64,000 nucleotides of DNA from the NCBI GenBank assembly GCA_016188475.1, contig JACPHT010000007.1, forward strand, positions 16,467-80,466, read 5' to 3'. A program made the translations under genes and the position numbers. The notes under the pieces were generated by a model. The model worked only from the letters and a program-made list of their open reading frames with translations. It was not told the origin of the DNA and searched no databases. Source of the stretch: Candidatus Uhrbacteria bacterium. GTDB taxonomy: Bacteria; Patescibacteriota; Patescibacteriia; UBA9934; GWF2-40-263. Positions 9,172 to 19,172 of this stretch are shown here, piece after piece; the stretch's first letter is position 1; every line of letters starts with the position of its first letter.

Positions 9172-10743
9172 TTACGTCATCACTGTTCCGCCGAATTCGC
9201 TCACGAGCTTTTGCAAATTTTCTTCGTTTTCATGTTTTTTTTGAATCGCTTTTACTTTAATACGACGACCAATCACTTTTTCCAAAACATCCTCAATCAC
9301 CTGACGGTTTTTATCTTTGTTAACTGTTTGAACATACAAATCGTACGCAAAACCAAGTTCGACGTGCTCGCCTGTTACTCCGCAAACTTCGCACGACTGC
9401 ATGAACAGTGGTAAGGACGCATTACACTCTTTGATCTGTTCAAAAACTTGCGGCCATTTTGCGCGAACTTCATCAAGAGAAATGACTGGGATCGTATCAA
9501 AAACTGTTTCGTTTTCCCCTTCGACAAGCTCAGGGAGTAATGAATTTTCTTGCTCACCAATCTCGGTCCTTTCAGACCTTTCGGTCCTTTCCGACCTTTC
9601 CGACCTTTCGGTCCTTTCCGACCTTTCAGACCTTTCTTCATAAACCGAACCAACCCCCTGCTCCTTAAAATCCACTTGTCCTCCTTTGTCCTCCTTTGTC
9701 TCCTTTTGTCCTCCATTGTCACATATCTCAACAATAGCGAGCTCGATCGGCAACTGCGGCAAATGTTCGGAACGAATTTTTGTTTTCGCTTCAAGCAAGG
9801 AGGTGAGGGCTTGACGCGTAAACGAAATATCAGACTCTGGCAAAGCTTTTGAAAGTTGATCAAACAAACGATCACGCAAATTCGCGATCACATCTTCAAC
9901 AAACATTTTCAAATCAACTCCTTGTTCAATAAATGTATTCAAGTCAGAAATACAGCTTCCTGTATTTTTTTTAAAAAGATGACTAACAAAAGTTTCAACC
10001 AAAACCGTTGTTGTGGCAGGAAGAACAAGCGAAGCAAGTTCAACAGTGATGTGGTTTTCACCCAAAGCCATGAGTTGGCCAAGCAAACTCTCGGCGTCTC
10101 GCGCACAACCTGTGCTATGTCGAACTACTTGCTCAAGAACCTCATCATCAATTTTCATTTCCTCTGATTTTACAATTTCTCGCAACCGTTTCATCATTTC
10201 TTCCTTTTTAATTTTTCTAAAATCAAATCTTTGACATCGACTCACGATTGTTTCCGGAACTTTGTGAATTTCAGTTGTTGCTAAAATAAAAAGCACATGC
10301 TCTGGCGGCTCTTCAAGTGTTTTCAAAAGCGCATTGAATGCCGAAGTTGAAAGCATGTGAACTTCATCAATAATAAAAACTTTCTTTTTGAGTTGATTTG
10401 GAGCAAAACGAACGCTTTTGATTATATTTTCTCGAACATTCTCTACGTCTGTATTAGACGCAGCATCAATTTCGTAGATATCAAGCGAAGAACCTGAAGT
10501 GACTTGTTCACATGCGGAACACGTGTTGCATGGTTCGTTGTGTTTTGGTTTTTCACAATTAATAAGCTTTGCCAAAAGTCGCGCAGTTGTTGTTTTTCCA
10601 ACTCCACGCGGACCAGTAAACAAATAAGCATGGGCGATGCGGCCCATTTCAAATTGGTTTTGAATAGTTGTTGATACATGCGGCTGACCAATTAAATCAG
10701 AAAACTTTTGTGGTCTGTACGCACGGTATAAGGCTAAGGACAT
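9172..10743 (-). CDS. dnaX: DNA polymerase III subunit gamma/tau
   Basis: LYRAYRPQKF, GPRGVGKTT, Cys cluster, IIDEVHML, SRCQRF. Confidence 0.96.
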   Translation of the reverse strand: MSLALYRAYRPQKFSDLIGQPHVSTTIQNQFEMGRIAHAYLFTGPRGVGKTTTARLLAKLINCEKPKHNEPCNTCSACEQVTSGSSLDIYEIDAASNTDVENVRENIIKSVRFAPNQLKKKVFIIDEVHMLSTSAFNALLKTLEEPPEHVLFILATTEIHKVPETIVSRCQRFDFRKIKKEEMMKRLREIVKSEEMKIDDEVLEQVVRHSTGCARDAESLLGQLMALGENHITVELASLVLPATTTVLVETFVSHLFKKNTGSCISDLNTFIEQGVDLKMFVEDVIANLRDRLFDQLSKALPESDISFTRQALTSLLEAKTKIRSEHLPQLPIELAIVEICDNGGQKETKEDKGGQVDFKEQGVGSVYEERSERSERTERSERSERTERSERTEIGEQENSLLPELVEGENETVFDTIPVISLDEVRAKWPQVFEQIKECNASLPLFMQSCEVCGVTGEHVELGFAYDLYVQTVNKDKNRQVIEDVLEKVIGRRIKVKAIQKKHENEENLQKLVSEFGGTVMT

Positions 10744-10761
10744 GTTGTTTGGTTCTTGGTT

Positions 10762-11376
10762 TTAAATAGTGCTACTTACCACACTTTCAACTGCCGCATA
10801 CGCAGAATCGCCTGATCTTGGTAACACAATTACAACTTCATCTCCTGGCATTGCTTTGAAATATGTGACGCTTGCGGTGATGACTTTATACACCCGATCG
10901 TCAGTCATCACAACATACTCTTGCGTTGATGAATCAAGCGCTAGTTTTCCAACAAGTCTCTGACGCTCAACAGGTCCTATTTGTTTATAAACGTGTGTTC
11001 CGTCTGGTTGGATTGTGAGCTTCAAAATGTCTCCCTCGACCAAACGAGATTTTGACGCATAGTTTTCAGGAACTTGATAACGCGCGCCATCAGCTCCAAC
11101 CATCATTTCTCCGTCAAACACTCCTTCAAGCACTCTGCTTCCTGTTTTTTGTTCAAGGTCTTGAGTTAAACCATTATTGTGGGTGACAAGGTCAACAAGC
11201 TGACGAGTCGCTCTGGACGAATCTCCTTGTTCAAGCAACTGAATAACATGCGTTATACTGTCACGCATTTTTTTTAACATTTGAACAGCAAGTTGATTTC
11301 GCGTATCAGCAAACTCCACGCGGTTCGCATGCGATTCAACGTCTGGTTCTGGTTCGAATGTTGGACTTGATGACAT
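10762..11376 (-). CDS. Conserved hypothetical protein
   Basis: 204-aa ORF co-oriented and tightly spaced with dnaX; EGVFDGEMM..VPENYASKSRLVEGD block. Confidence 0.7.
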   Translation of the reverse strand: MSSSPTFEPEPDVESHANRVEFADTRNQLAVQMLKKMRDSITHVIQLLEQGDSSRATRQLVDLVTHNNGLTQDLEQKTGSRVLEGVFDGEMMVGADGARYQVPENYASKSRLVEGDILKLTIQPDGTHVYKQIGPVERQRLVGKLALDSSTQEYVVMTDDRVYKVITASVTYFKAMPGDEVVIVLPRSGDSAYAAVESVVSSTI

Positions 11377-11493
11377 AATTATTGTCTTAGCTTATTTGCC
11401 CACTATAGCCTCTGGCGATGGTTGGTCGAAGACTGTAAGACGATTCGAACAAAATTTTATCCTTCGACAGGCTCAGGAAATAAAATTGTGACT

Positions 11494-14046
11494 TTATCTC
11501 TCTCCCATTGGCGGAGGTTGCGGCCCTCTTGATGAAACACCAAGCGCGGTTCGTTCAAGAATATCCGCCTCGACCAAACGGCGGTCGCGCCCGTATTTCA
11601 ACCGCGACAACTCTTTAATTCCTTCCGCAAGTTCGCGATCACCAAGCGGCGCTTGTTCGATTTTCATTGTGAATGGTTTGACTTGCGAGTTTCCAACAAT
11701 CATTCGCACATACCAAGTGAACTTATCAGAATTCATCAAATCGTATCCTGAAAAATCTGGTGTATAAATTTTCTCAAGAGTTTCAACGTCCTCTGGACCA
11801 ATACGCGCAACATAAGTTGTTCCGACGTTTCCCAAAACAGCATCTTTGATTTTTGTATCATTGTTTTTTACAAGCTGACCGATGTATTGATGCGCGATAA
11901 TTAAATTCAAACGATATTTGCGAGCCTCTGACAAAATAGTCGCGATCGAATCAGTGATAAAATTTTGAAACTCGTCAATATACAAGTAGAAATCGTGTCG
12001 TTGTTCTTCAGGGATATCCGCGCGTGTCAAAGCCGCCATCTGAAGTTTCGAAACAATAATCATTCCAAGCAGATCAGCATTAACGTCTCCAGTCTTCCCT
12101 TTTGATAGATTAACAAGCAGAATTTTTTTCTTGTCCATGATTTCGCGAAAATCAAAACTGGAGTGTGTTTGGCCGATTATATTTCGCATCATCTCGTTTT
12201 CAACAAAACGACCAACTTTTGAAATCAAATATCCAAGCATTTCAGATTTGTGAAAATCGCTTGTTTTTGCCATCTCATTTTCCCAAAACGAACGAACAAC
12301 AGGATCTTTCACTTTTGCGACCCAACGCTTTTGAAAAGCTTCATCCGAAAACATGCGTGGAATTTCAGCAATCGTGCCAGGCTGTTCAGGATCGGACATA
12401 AGCGTCAACATCACATTTCTCATGTTGTGCTCGAACATCGGGCCGATCATTTCAGGCGGAAAAAGTTTATAAAAAATCGAGATCATTTCTTGAACAGCAA
12501 AATCCTTAAGTGTTTCATCTTTGGCCTCGAGCATGTTAAGTCCCATCGGACGTTCCAAGTCTGACGGATTGAAATGCACAACATCGTCAACTCGCTCGCG
12601 CGGAATGTTTCCTAAAATCTGTTCGATGAGATCTCCGTGAGGGTCAACAACAGCAACCCCGTGTCCAGCTTTAATATCTTGGATTGCGTATTTTGCGATT
12701 GTTTGAGATTTTCCAGAACCAGATTTTCCAATTAAATACATGTGGCGAGTTCTGTCAGAATTTTTCATCCACACTGGAGTTTTGATTCCGCGATAAACGT
12801 TGTATCCCAGTTCAAAATCTCCATCTTGCGGACCACTTGGAACACCGGTTGGAACAGCGCCGCTTCTAGCCCCAAGCCATTTGATATTTGGAGTTTCGGT
12901 CCATGGCAAAGGCAAATGCCAAAGACTCGCCATTTCTTCAGCATTCAAAACCATTTTATTTTTTTCATCAATCGTTCGATAAATAAATTGTTGAATGAGC
13001 TTCTTTTTCGAACGCGGAACGGATTTCACAAACGAATTTCCATATTGATAAATGTTGAACTGTGAAAACGCGTTCAACATGTTTTGAAGAGTTGACTCAG
13101 CGGCAGATGCGGTCTGTGAAGAAACAACAATTCGAGCACAAACATTAAGTCCGGCTTTGCTTGCCTTTTCTTCAAGCCCTTTCACAACCTCTTCCTCTTG
13201 CGGAGACAAACGATATTCTCGTTCTTCTTTTTCTTTATTTTCACCTCCGCCTGTGAGTTGTTGGAATGTGCTTTTGTGTCCTTTCCTTTTTCCTTTAAGC
13301 GCGTCGCTCAAACTCATTCCTTGTTGCATTCGTGAAGCAATTTCAACTCCCCTCGCGCGCCAAGATTTATAAGCTGAACGAACAACAAATTGGAACGCCG
13401 TGCCATCCCCTTCTGGAACACTTGTAAGAACGTTTGTCAGAGAATTGAGAGGGTCTTTGTCGAGCTTTCGATATGTTTTAATAGGAAACGCGCTTTCTCG
13501 AGCAAGACGAAGATAACTTCCGACAATCACGCTTTGCGCTGAAAAAATGTTGTAGTCTTCAACTTCTTCCAAATATGCGTCAGGATACGCGGCGGAAATC
13601 TGCTGTTCAATATATGTTGCCATGTGTGTTGGAACAGTTACAAAAAATTGAATCAATTTATGTTCGACGACGATTTCAAAAGCAACTTCGTCTGATCGTC
13701 CAAAAAACCATTGCTTTAAGCCACGCTCTCCTTTCAAACCTCCGATCGCTGAAAAAACGGTCTCAGCCGCGGCGATCGCTTCCTGAACCTCCTCTTTTTG
13801 CGGACCGCGATTACTTTCTTCTTCTCGACGGAATTTTGGAAGAGTTACGAGTATTGTCCTGCTCTGAAATGTCGCGTGTTTTGCCGCGTTTGTTTTACGC
13901 AAAAACCATCGTAACAAAAAAAGAATACAAAAAAACAACACGAGAGAAATTGGAATCCAGATCAAATTCGAGTAAACAGAAAAATCAAACTCATTCGTTT
14001 GTATAAGTTGCGATTCCGGTTTTAAAAAAAATTGAAAAAATATCAC
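11494..14046 (-). CDS. Membrane-anchored VirB4/TraG/HerA-like ATPase
   Basis: N-terminal TM, Walker A GKSGSGKS, VVDPHGDL, Walker B LYIDEFQ, SEARKYRL. Confidence 0.85.
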   Translation of the reverse strand: MIFFQFFLKPESQLIQTNEFDFSVYSNLIWIPISLVLFFCILFLLRWFLRKTNAAKHATFQSRTILVTLPKFRREEESNRGPQKEEVQEAIAAAETVFSAIGGLKGERGLKQWFFGRSDEVAFEIVVEHKLIQFFVTVPTHMATYIEQQISAAYPDAYLEEVEDYNIFSAQSVIVGSYLRLARESAFPIKTYRKLDKDPLNSLTNVLTSVPEGDGTAFQFVVRSAYKSWRARGVEIASRMQQGMSLSDALKGKRKGHKSTFQQLTGGGENKEKEEREYRLSPQEEEVVKGLEEKASKAGLNVCARIVVSSQTASAAESTLQNMLNAFSQFNIYQYGNSFVKSVPRSKKKLIQQFIYRTIDEKNKMVLNAEEMASLWHLPLPWTETPNIKWLGARSGAVPTGVPSGPQDGDFELGYNVYRGIKTPVWMKNSDRTRHMYLIGKSGSGKSQTIAKYAIQDIKAGHGVAVVDPHGDLIEQILGNIPRERVDDVVHFNPSDLERPMGLNMLEAKDETLKDFAVQEMISIFYKLFPPEMIGPMFEHNMRNVMLTLMSDPEQPGTIAEIPRMFSDEAFQKRWVAKVKDPVVRSFWENEMAKTSDFHKSEMLGYLISKVGRFVENEMMRNIIGQTHSSFDFREIMDKKKILLVNLSKGKTGDVNADLLGMIIVSKLQMAALTRADIPEEQRHDFYLYIDEFQNFITDSIATILSEARKYRLNLIIAHQYIGQLVKNNDTKIKDAVLGNVGTTYVARIGPEDVETLEKIYTPDFSGYDLMNSDKFTWYVRMIVGNSQVKPFTMKIEQAPLGDRELAEGIKELSRLKYGRDRRLVEADILERTALGVSSRGPQPPPMGER

Positions 14047-14522
14047 AAACGCAAAATTTTATCTGTTTTTATTTTTGCTTCCTGTTCAAGGAAGAATCGA
14101 TTTACACCTGGAATTAGTTTGAGCCAACTACGAATGAGGAAAAAAATCTTTTTTGCGTTGATTTTTGTTTTGTGAATGATTTGCATGATCTTAGACAAAG
14201 TTTTTTCACCTTCTTCTTTGAATTTCTCTTGTTTATCTTTTGACATTGAAAGATAAATTTCAGTTAAATCTTCCTCTAGTATTGATTCGATTTTCTGCTC
14301 GATCGGATCGAGCGGTTTTTGAATTGCAGATGTGGTTTTTGATTGAGTCACTTTCACCTCTTGCATCTTGCTTATTGATTCTTCTTCATTTTTTTCTTGC
14401 GCTTCTCTTTCTCCTCGACCTTCTTGGCCCTCTTGGATTTCTAGAACATTTTCTCTCTTAACCAAAACTTTTTCCGGCTCTTCCGGAGTTTCTTTTGGCT
14501 TTAGTTCTGGAAAATCAACCAT
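14043..14522 (-). CDS. Hypothetical protein
   Basis: 159-aa ORF with a 4-nt overlap to the ATPase; IPGVNRFFLEQEAKIKTD C-terminus. Confidence 0.7.
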   Translation of the reverse strand: MVDFPELKPKETPEEPEKVLVKRENVLEIQEGQEGRGEREAQEKNEEESISKMQEVKVTQSKTTSAIQKPLDPIEQKIESILEEDLTEIYLSMSKDKQEKFKEEGEKTLSKIMQIIHKTKINAKKIFFLIRSWLKLIPGVNRFFLEQEAKIKTDKILRL

Positions 14523-14595
14523 ATAGTTAAATACAGTCTACCACAACATAAGTCTTAAACAAAAAATCTCTCACATTATAAAAAGTTTTAGCGAG

Positions 14596-14647
14596 AGATC
14601 CTTCGGCTTCGTCCGGTCTTAGGGCCGGACTTCGCTCAGGATGACAC
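14596..14647. repeat. CGTC-type REP-like palindrome downstream of nrdJ
   Basis: Minus strand GTCATCCTGAGCGAAG-hairpin-CCGAAGGATCTC. Confidence 0.7.
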
Positions 14648-14660
14648 AAAAAGAGTAATT

Positions 14661-17600
14661 TTAACTGCACCCACTCGTTGCGCCGCAGTTCAGACACTTA
14701 TAACACGCGGCGTTGCGGACCATGATTGAACCACAGGTGTCGCACGCTGGCGCGTCGGATTGGTTATCGAAAGTTTTTGTTGTGTCGAACAGCTTCGGCT
14801 GTTTTATTTCCTCCTCTTGCCTATTGCCTATTGCATCTTCTTCCTTTACTTCCTTTTCTTCAACTCCAACATTGATTCCAAGCGAGATTTGCGACTCTTG
14901 TGGGAGAAATTTGATCGCAAGCCAGCGGAAAATATAATCAGTAATAGATTTAGCAATTCGAATTTGCGGATTGTTTGTGTATCCAGACGGCTCAAAGCGC
15001 ATGTGCACAAACTTGTTCACCAAAACTTCAAGCGGAACTCCGTATTGCAAACCAATTGAAATCGCAGTTGCAAAACTATCCATAAGTCCACTTATGACCG
15101 AGCCTTCTTTTGACATTGTCATGAAAAGTTCTCCTGGCGAACCATCATCATACAATCCAACTGTGATATAACCCTCGTGACTTCCAACTTTAAACTTGTG
15201 CGTGATCGCGCGCCTTTCATCAGGCAAACGGCGACGACGCAATTTGTTGTCTGAACTAACAGTCACTGTTGGAACAGTCGTTTTTTCTTCTGGCATATTT
15301 TTGTCCTCCTCTTTCTCCACTCCATTCGCCGTCTGAAGCCGGCGACTACCTTCCTCTCCCTTATTCTGTTTCTTCGCATCGCTTTCTTTAGAAGTTGTAA
15401 GCGCTTGTTGACGTTTTGACCCGTCGCGATAAATCGCAATCGCTTTCAAACCAAGTTTCCAACCTGTTTCGTAAACCTCGATAATGTCTTCCGATGTCGC
15501 GTCGTGAGGCATATTCACTGTTTTTGAAATCGCTCCGGAAACAAACGGCTGAACAGCGGCCATCATTCGAACATGACCCATGTAATGAATTGTGCGAGTT
15601 CCGTTCGCGGCCTTAAAGGCACAGTCAAAAACCGGCAAATGTTCTTGTTTGAGGTGCGGAGCGTTTTCAATCGTGTCTGTTTTTTCAATATGCGCCAAAA
15701 TTTCTTCACGCTCTTTTTGCGAATATCCAAGCCTTGTCAAAGCTTCTGGAACTGTGTTGTTAACGATTTTCAACATTCCTCCGCCAACAAGCCATTTATA
15801 TTTCACGAGCGCAATATCCGGTTCAACTCCTGTTGTATCACAATCCATCAAAAATGAAATAGTACCTGTTGGCGCGATAACGCTGATCTGAGCGTTACGC
15901 AAACCGTGAAGACTTCCGTGTTCCACAACATTGTCCCAACTCATACGAGCTTCTGTAAGCAAATCAGCAGGAACTCCATTTGGATTGATTTCGTACGATG
16001 CGTCGCGATGCATTCTCATCACTTCCAAACACGGAGCTTCATTTTGTTTGTATCCTGCAAACGGCCCGATTTTTTCAGCGATCTTAGAGGACTGAAAATA
16101 GCAATGTCCGCTTTGAAGTGAAGTAATCGCGGCCGCAAAATTTCGTCCTTCGTCTGAATCATACGGAACTCCGCGACTCATTAAAAACGCGCCAAGATTC
16201 GCGTATCCGATTCCAAGCGGACGATAATCCAAACTGTTTTGTTCAATCGCCGGAGTTGGATAAACTGAATTTCCAATAATTATTTCCATCGCTGTCACAA
16301 CTATTTCGTTCGCTTTTTTGAAAGCATCAACATCAAACACCATCAAGCCGCCAACTTCCTTTCTAAACTTCATTATATTAAGCGACGCCAAATTGCACGC
16401 GCTGTCGTTTAGGAACATGTACTCTGAACAATTGTGGACGACGAGACCGTTGGCAACAAAATGATTCGTCCGTGGTTCTGTCAGATCGAAGACGTCTTCT
16501 GATCCAACAAAAGTGAGAGATTCAAATTTATCCGTCAACTCATCTTTATAGGTAGTAACGGTTTCGTTCATGAATGCAAGGTCGTTTGATTTGAAACTCC
16601 GATCCAAAAAACTAATTTCTTTTTCAAAAATCAATCGCGACGAACGACTCACGCGCAAAGAATGCATTTGTTGAACATGATATATTGCCCAGCCGCCTTT
16701 TCCATCTGGTAAACGAGATTGAAAAGATGTTCGACGATTTTCATAAATTTTCGCTTTAATCCCAAAGCCGAGCAAAAGAAGTTGAACTTGTCTCAAAAGT
16801 GTTAAGCTCACTGAATCAAGAGCGATATACTGTGATTTGTTTTCGTAATTTGCAACTGTCCCATCGGCTGTAAAAAGTCCACGGAGAATGGCGGCCTGTG
16901 AATTTTTTTCTAAACTAAAAACTTCGTCAGTGAATCTTTTTTCTTTTGACCCTTGATCTAATACAGCGTATTTTTTTAACGGTTCAAGTATACATCGGCT
17001 ACTTGTTCCAATTCGAACTCCAGTTTGAGTTGATACAACACTGCTCCATCTTGCGCCACGCCCATCTTCCGAAACGGATTGTTTGTAACCGTTCATCCTA
17101 AAATTAAACATCTCAAGCATGTCTGTTTCTTCTCTTCCACCAACAACCATTGCAAATTCTTGATGTGTTTTATAATTTGTTGAAAGACAACCGTCGCCAA
17201 TAGTAAGTCCAATCATTTCCGCAACAACTTCATCTTCACGCTTATTTCCAAAACCAGGCTGTTTCAATTCAAGAACATCACCAGGTTTTAATTCTTTTGC
17301 AAGCACGTCTCCGCGATTGCGTGTAAAAACTTTGTGATCTTCGGTTAGTCGAACCGAATACCCGCTTTTTGTTTGAAGTTCAAAAATCTTTTTGTGCCCT
17401 GTAGGAAAAATTTTATCAACTCGCGAAGACTGTCCGTCTGCCGCAATAATCTCAGCGGAACCTCCAACTAAATCACTTATTCGTTTATACCCTGATGTTG
17501 TTGAAACAAGCGTGTCACCTGTCACGCATGGATTTGACGCGTAAATTCGATCTGTGTTTTTGCATGTGTGCCATTTGTTGATTGTTGTGTCGTATTGAAT

Positions 17601-18962
17601 CCCTGGATCTCCACATTGCCAAGCGGCCTGCGCCATTTTATCCATTAGCTCTTTTGCTTTCCAAGTTTGAACTGGAGCGCCGGTCATAACAGCGTGCGTT
17701 GTCCAGTCTTCATCTTTTTCAACAGATTGCATAAACGCGTCTGTCACGCGCACAGAGTTGTTTGCGTTTTGAAAATAAACAGAAGAGTATGCTGATCCAT
17801 CCATTGAACCATCATAACCAGCGTCCATTAACACCCAAGCTTTTTTTTCTTCCTCAACTTTGCATTGAATAAAATCGTTGATGTCTGGATGATCAATATC
17901 CAAGATCACCATTTTTGCGGCGCGACGAGTTTTTCCACCGCTTTTGATCACACCCGCAAAAGCGTCAAGACCCTTCATAAAAGAAACCGGACCTGATGCT
18001 TTTCCATTGCTTCCGCCTAGAAATTCTTGTTTTGATCGTAATTTTGAAAGATTTGTTCCTGTTCCGGATCCGCCTTTGAAAAGCATTCCTTCTGTCACAC
18101 ACAAATTCAAAATAGAGCGCATGTCATCTTCAACTGAATTTATAAAACACGCGCTGCATTGTTGAGGTCGAGAAGTTCCAACATTAAACCAAACTGGCGA
18201 ATTAAACGCCGCCATTTGGTTTACCAAAATATAGTGAAGTTCATCCTCAAAAGCTTGAGCGTCTTCCTGAGTTGCGAAATATCCATCTTTGCGACCCCAA
18301 TTTGAAATTGTTTTTGCAACACGAGAAACAAGTTGCTTGACTGAATATTCTCTGTCATCTTTTCCAATTGTTCCGTAAAAATATTTTGATACAACAATGT
18401 TTGTCGCTGTTTGCGTCCAACTTTTTGGAACTTCTACTCCTTTTTGTTCAAAAACCACTTCGCCTTTTGTTCCACTGATAACCGCGTCGCGTGTTTCCCA
18501 TTCGATTTCATCAAATGGATGAACCTCTGGTTTTGTGAAACGACGCTCAACTGTTATTCCATGACCATAAACCTCGCCACGTTCGTCTGTTTGCACGACC
18601 GCTCTGTAATTTAGATATTTTTTCGCTACATGGATTAGGTTGTTATCGATTAGTGTCACGTTCACAACCTCGCGAACATCGGCAAATGATGGAACACTGT
18701 GCCCATTGAATCTGTGTGTCAGTCGCGTCACTACTTGGCCAGCGATTTTTTCAGCAAGCTTTCCGGATTTGATTCCTGACGCTTCAAGCGCTTGCTTGAT
18801 TGAATGCGCAAGTTTGTGCGGTTCAAACATTTGCTCTGAACCATCGCGTTTGTGAAGCGTTTTTACAGAAGTCATGAACTGCCAAACCGCTTCAGAAATA
18901 TTTTCCGTTCCAGTCGTTGTTTGATTAGTTTGTGAAACGATTTTGTCGGATTGTGACGGCAT
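14661..18962 (-). CDS. nrdJ: Class II (adenosylcobalamin-dependent) ribonucleotide reductase with N-terminal ATP cone, intein and C-terminal Cys motif
   Basis: FNSPVWFN, CSACFI, GKTRRAAKM, SNP|CSEY split by an intein, IAPTGTIS, AISKTVNMP, terminal CxxC..CxxC..GCS. Confidence 0.95.
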   Translation of the reverse strand: MPSQSDKIVSQTNQTTTGTENISEAVWQFMTSVKTLHKRDGSEQMFEPHKLAHSIKQALEASGIKSGKLAEKIAGQVVTRLTHRFNGHSVPSFADVREVVNVTLIDNNLIHVAKKYLNYRAVVQTDERGEVYGHGITVERRFTKPEVHPFDEIEWETRDAVISGTKGEVVFEQKGVEVPKSWTQTATNIVVSKYFYGTIGKDDREYSVKQLVSRVAKTISNWGRKDGYFATQEDAQAFEDELHYILVNQMAAFNSPVWFNVGTSRPQQCSACFINSVEDDMRSILNLCVTEGMLFKGGSGTGTNLSKLRSKQEFLGGSNGKASGPVSFMKGLDAFAGVIKSGGKTRRAAKMVILDIDHPDINDFIQCKVEEEKKAWVLMDAGYDGSMDGSAYSSVYFQNANNSVRVTDAFMQSVEKDEDWTTHAVMTGAPVQTWKAKELMDKMAQAAWQCGDPGIQYDTTINKWHTCKNTDRIYASNPCVTGDTLVSTTSGYKRISDLVGGSAEIIAADGQSSRVDKIFPTGHKKIFELQTKSGYSVRLTEDHKVFTRNRGDVLAKELKPGDVLELKQPGFGNKREDEVVAEMIGLTIGDGCLSTNYKTHQEFAMVVGGREETDMLEMFNFRMNGYKQSVSEDGRGARWSSVVSTQTGVRIGTSSRCILEPLKKYAVLDQGSKEKRFTDEVFSLEKNSQAAILRGLFTADGTVANYENKSQYIALDSVSLTLLRQVQLLLLGFGIKAKIYENRRTSFQSRLPDGKGGWAIYHVQQMHSLRVSRSSRLIFEKEISFLDRSFKSNDLAFMNETVTTYKDELTDKFESLTFVGSEDVFDLTEPRTNHFVANGLVVHNCSEYMFLNDSACNLASLNIMKFRKEVGGLMVFDVDAFKKANEIVVTAMEIIIGNSVYPTPAIEQNSLDYRPLGIGYANLGAFLMSRGVPYDSDEGRNFAAAITSLQSGHCYFQSSKIAEKIGPFAGYKQNEAPCLEVMRMHRDASYEINPNGVPADLLTEARMSWDNVVEHGSLHGLRNAQISVIAPTGTISFLMDCDTTGVEPDIALVKYKWLVGGGMLKIVNNTVPEALTRLGYSQKEREEILAHIEKTDTIENAPHLKQEHLPVFDCAFKAANGTRTIHYMGHVRMMAAVQPFVSGAISKTVNMPHDATSEDIIEVYETGWKLGLKAIAIYRDGSKRQQALTTSKESDAKKQNKGEEGSRRLQTANGVEKEEDKNMPEEKTTVPTVTVSSDNKLRRRRLPDERRAITHKFKVGSHEGYITVGLYDDGSPGELFMTMSKEGSVISGLMDSFATAISIGLQYGVPLEVLVNKFVHMRFEPSGYTNNPQIRIAKSITDYIFRWLAIKFLPQESQISLGINVGVEEKEVKEEDAIGNRQEEEIKQPKLFDTTKTFDNQSDAPACDTCGSIMVRNAACYKCLNCGATSGCS
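16431..17528 (-). mobile_element. Intein with LAGLIDADG homing endonuclease (366 aa) in nrdJ
   Basis: Begins CVTGDTLV, block B LTEDHKV, IGLTIGDG and LRGLFTADG motifs, ends VVHN before C+1. Confidence 0.93.
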
Positions 18963-19083
18963 AGGTAGAGAAGAAAGTTAGGAAGAAGTGAAAAGCAAGT
19001 GAAAAAGTGATTGAGTGATGGAGTGATAAATGCAGTCAAAAAACAATCCCAACTGGGATCATTCTATTTCTCCTGGGAGGTTC

Positions 19084-19132
19084 ACACAATATCTTGTGGT
19101 ACAACTATATTTTATACCCCAACATATTGTGC
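19084..19132. promoter_or_regulatory. Tandem NrdR boxes
   Basis: ACACAATATCTTGTGG (19084-19099) and CCCCAACATATTGTGC (19117-19132) match acaCwAtATaTwGtg upstream of an RNR gene. Confidence 0.75.
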
Positions 19133-19137
19133 GTCAA
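19109..19137 (-). promoter_or_regulatory. Sigma70 promoter of nrdJ
   Basis: TTGACG-N17-TAAAAT on the minus strand. Confidence 0.7.
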
Positions 19138-19145
19138 AGTTCCAC

Positions 19146-19154
19146 TTATCCACA
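19146..19154. promoter_or_regulatory. DnaA box
   Basis: Perfect TTATCCACA just upstream of the nrdJ -35. Confidence 0.55.
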
Positions 19155-19172
19155 GCAAAACTCTTAAAACGT

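Noticed and set aside
9375-9875. Basic repetitive ORFs overlapping dnaX (KGPKGRK, PFRPFG)
   Set aside because: These are alternative-frame readings of the 9-bp repeat.
11494-14046. Integrated conjugative element
   Set aside because: A single ATPase among housekeeping genes, with no relaxase, integrase or boundary repeats.
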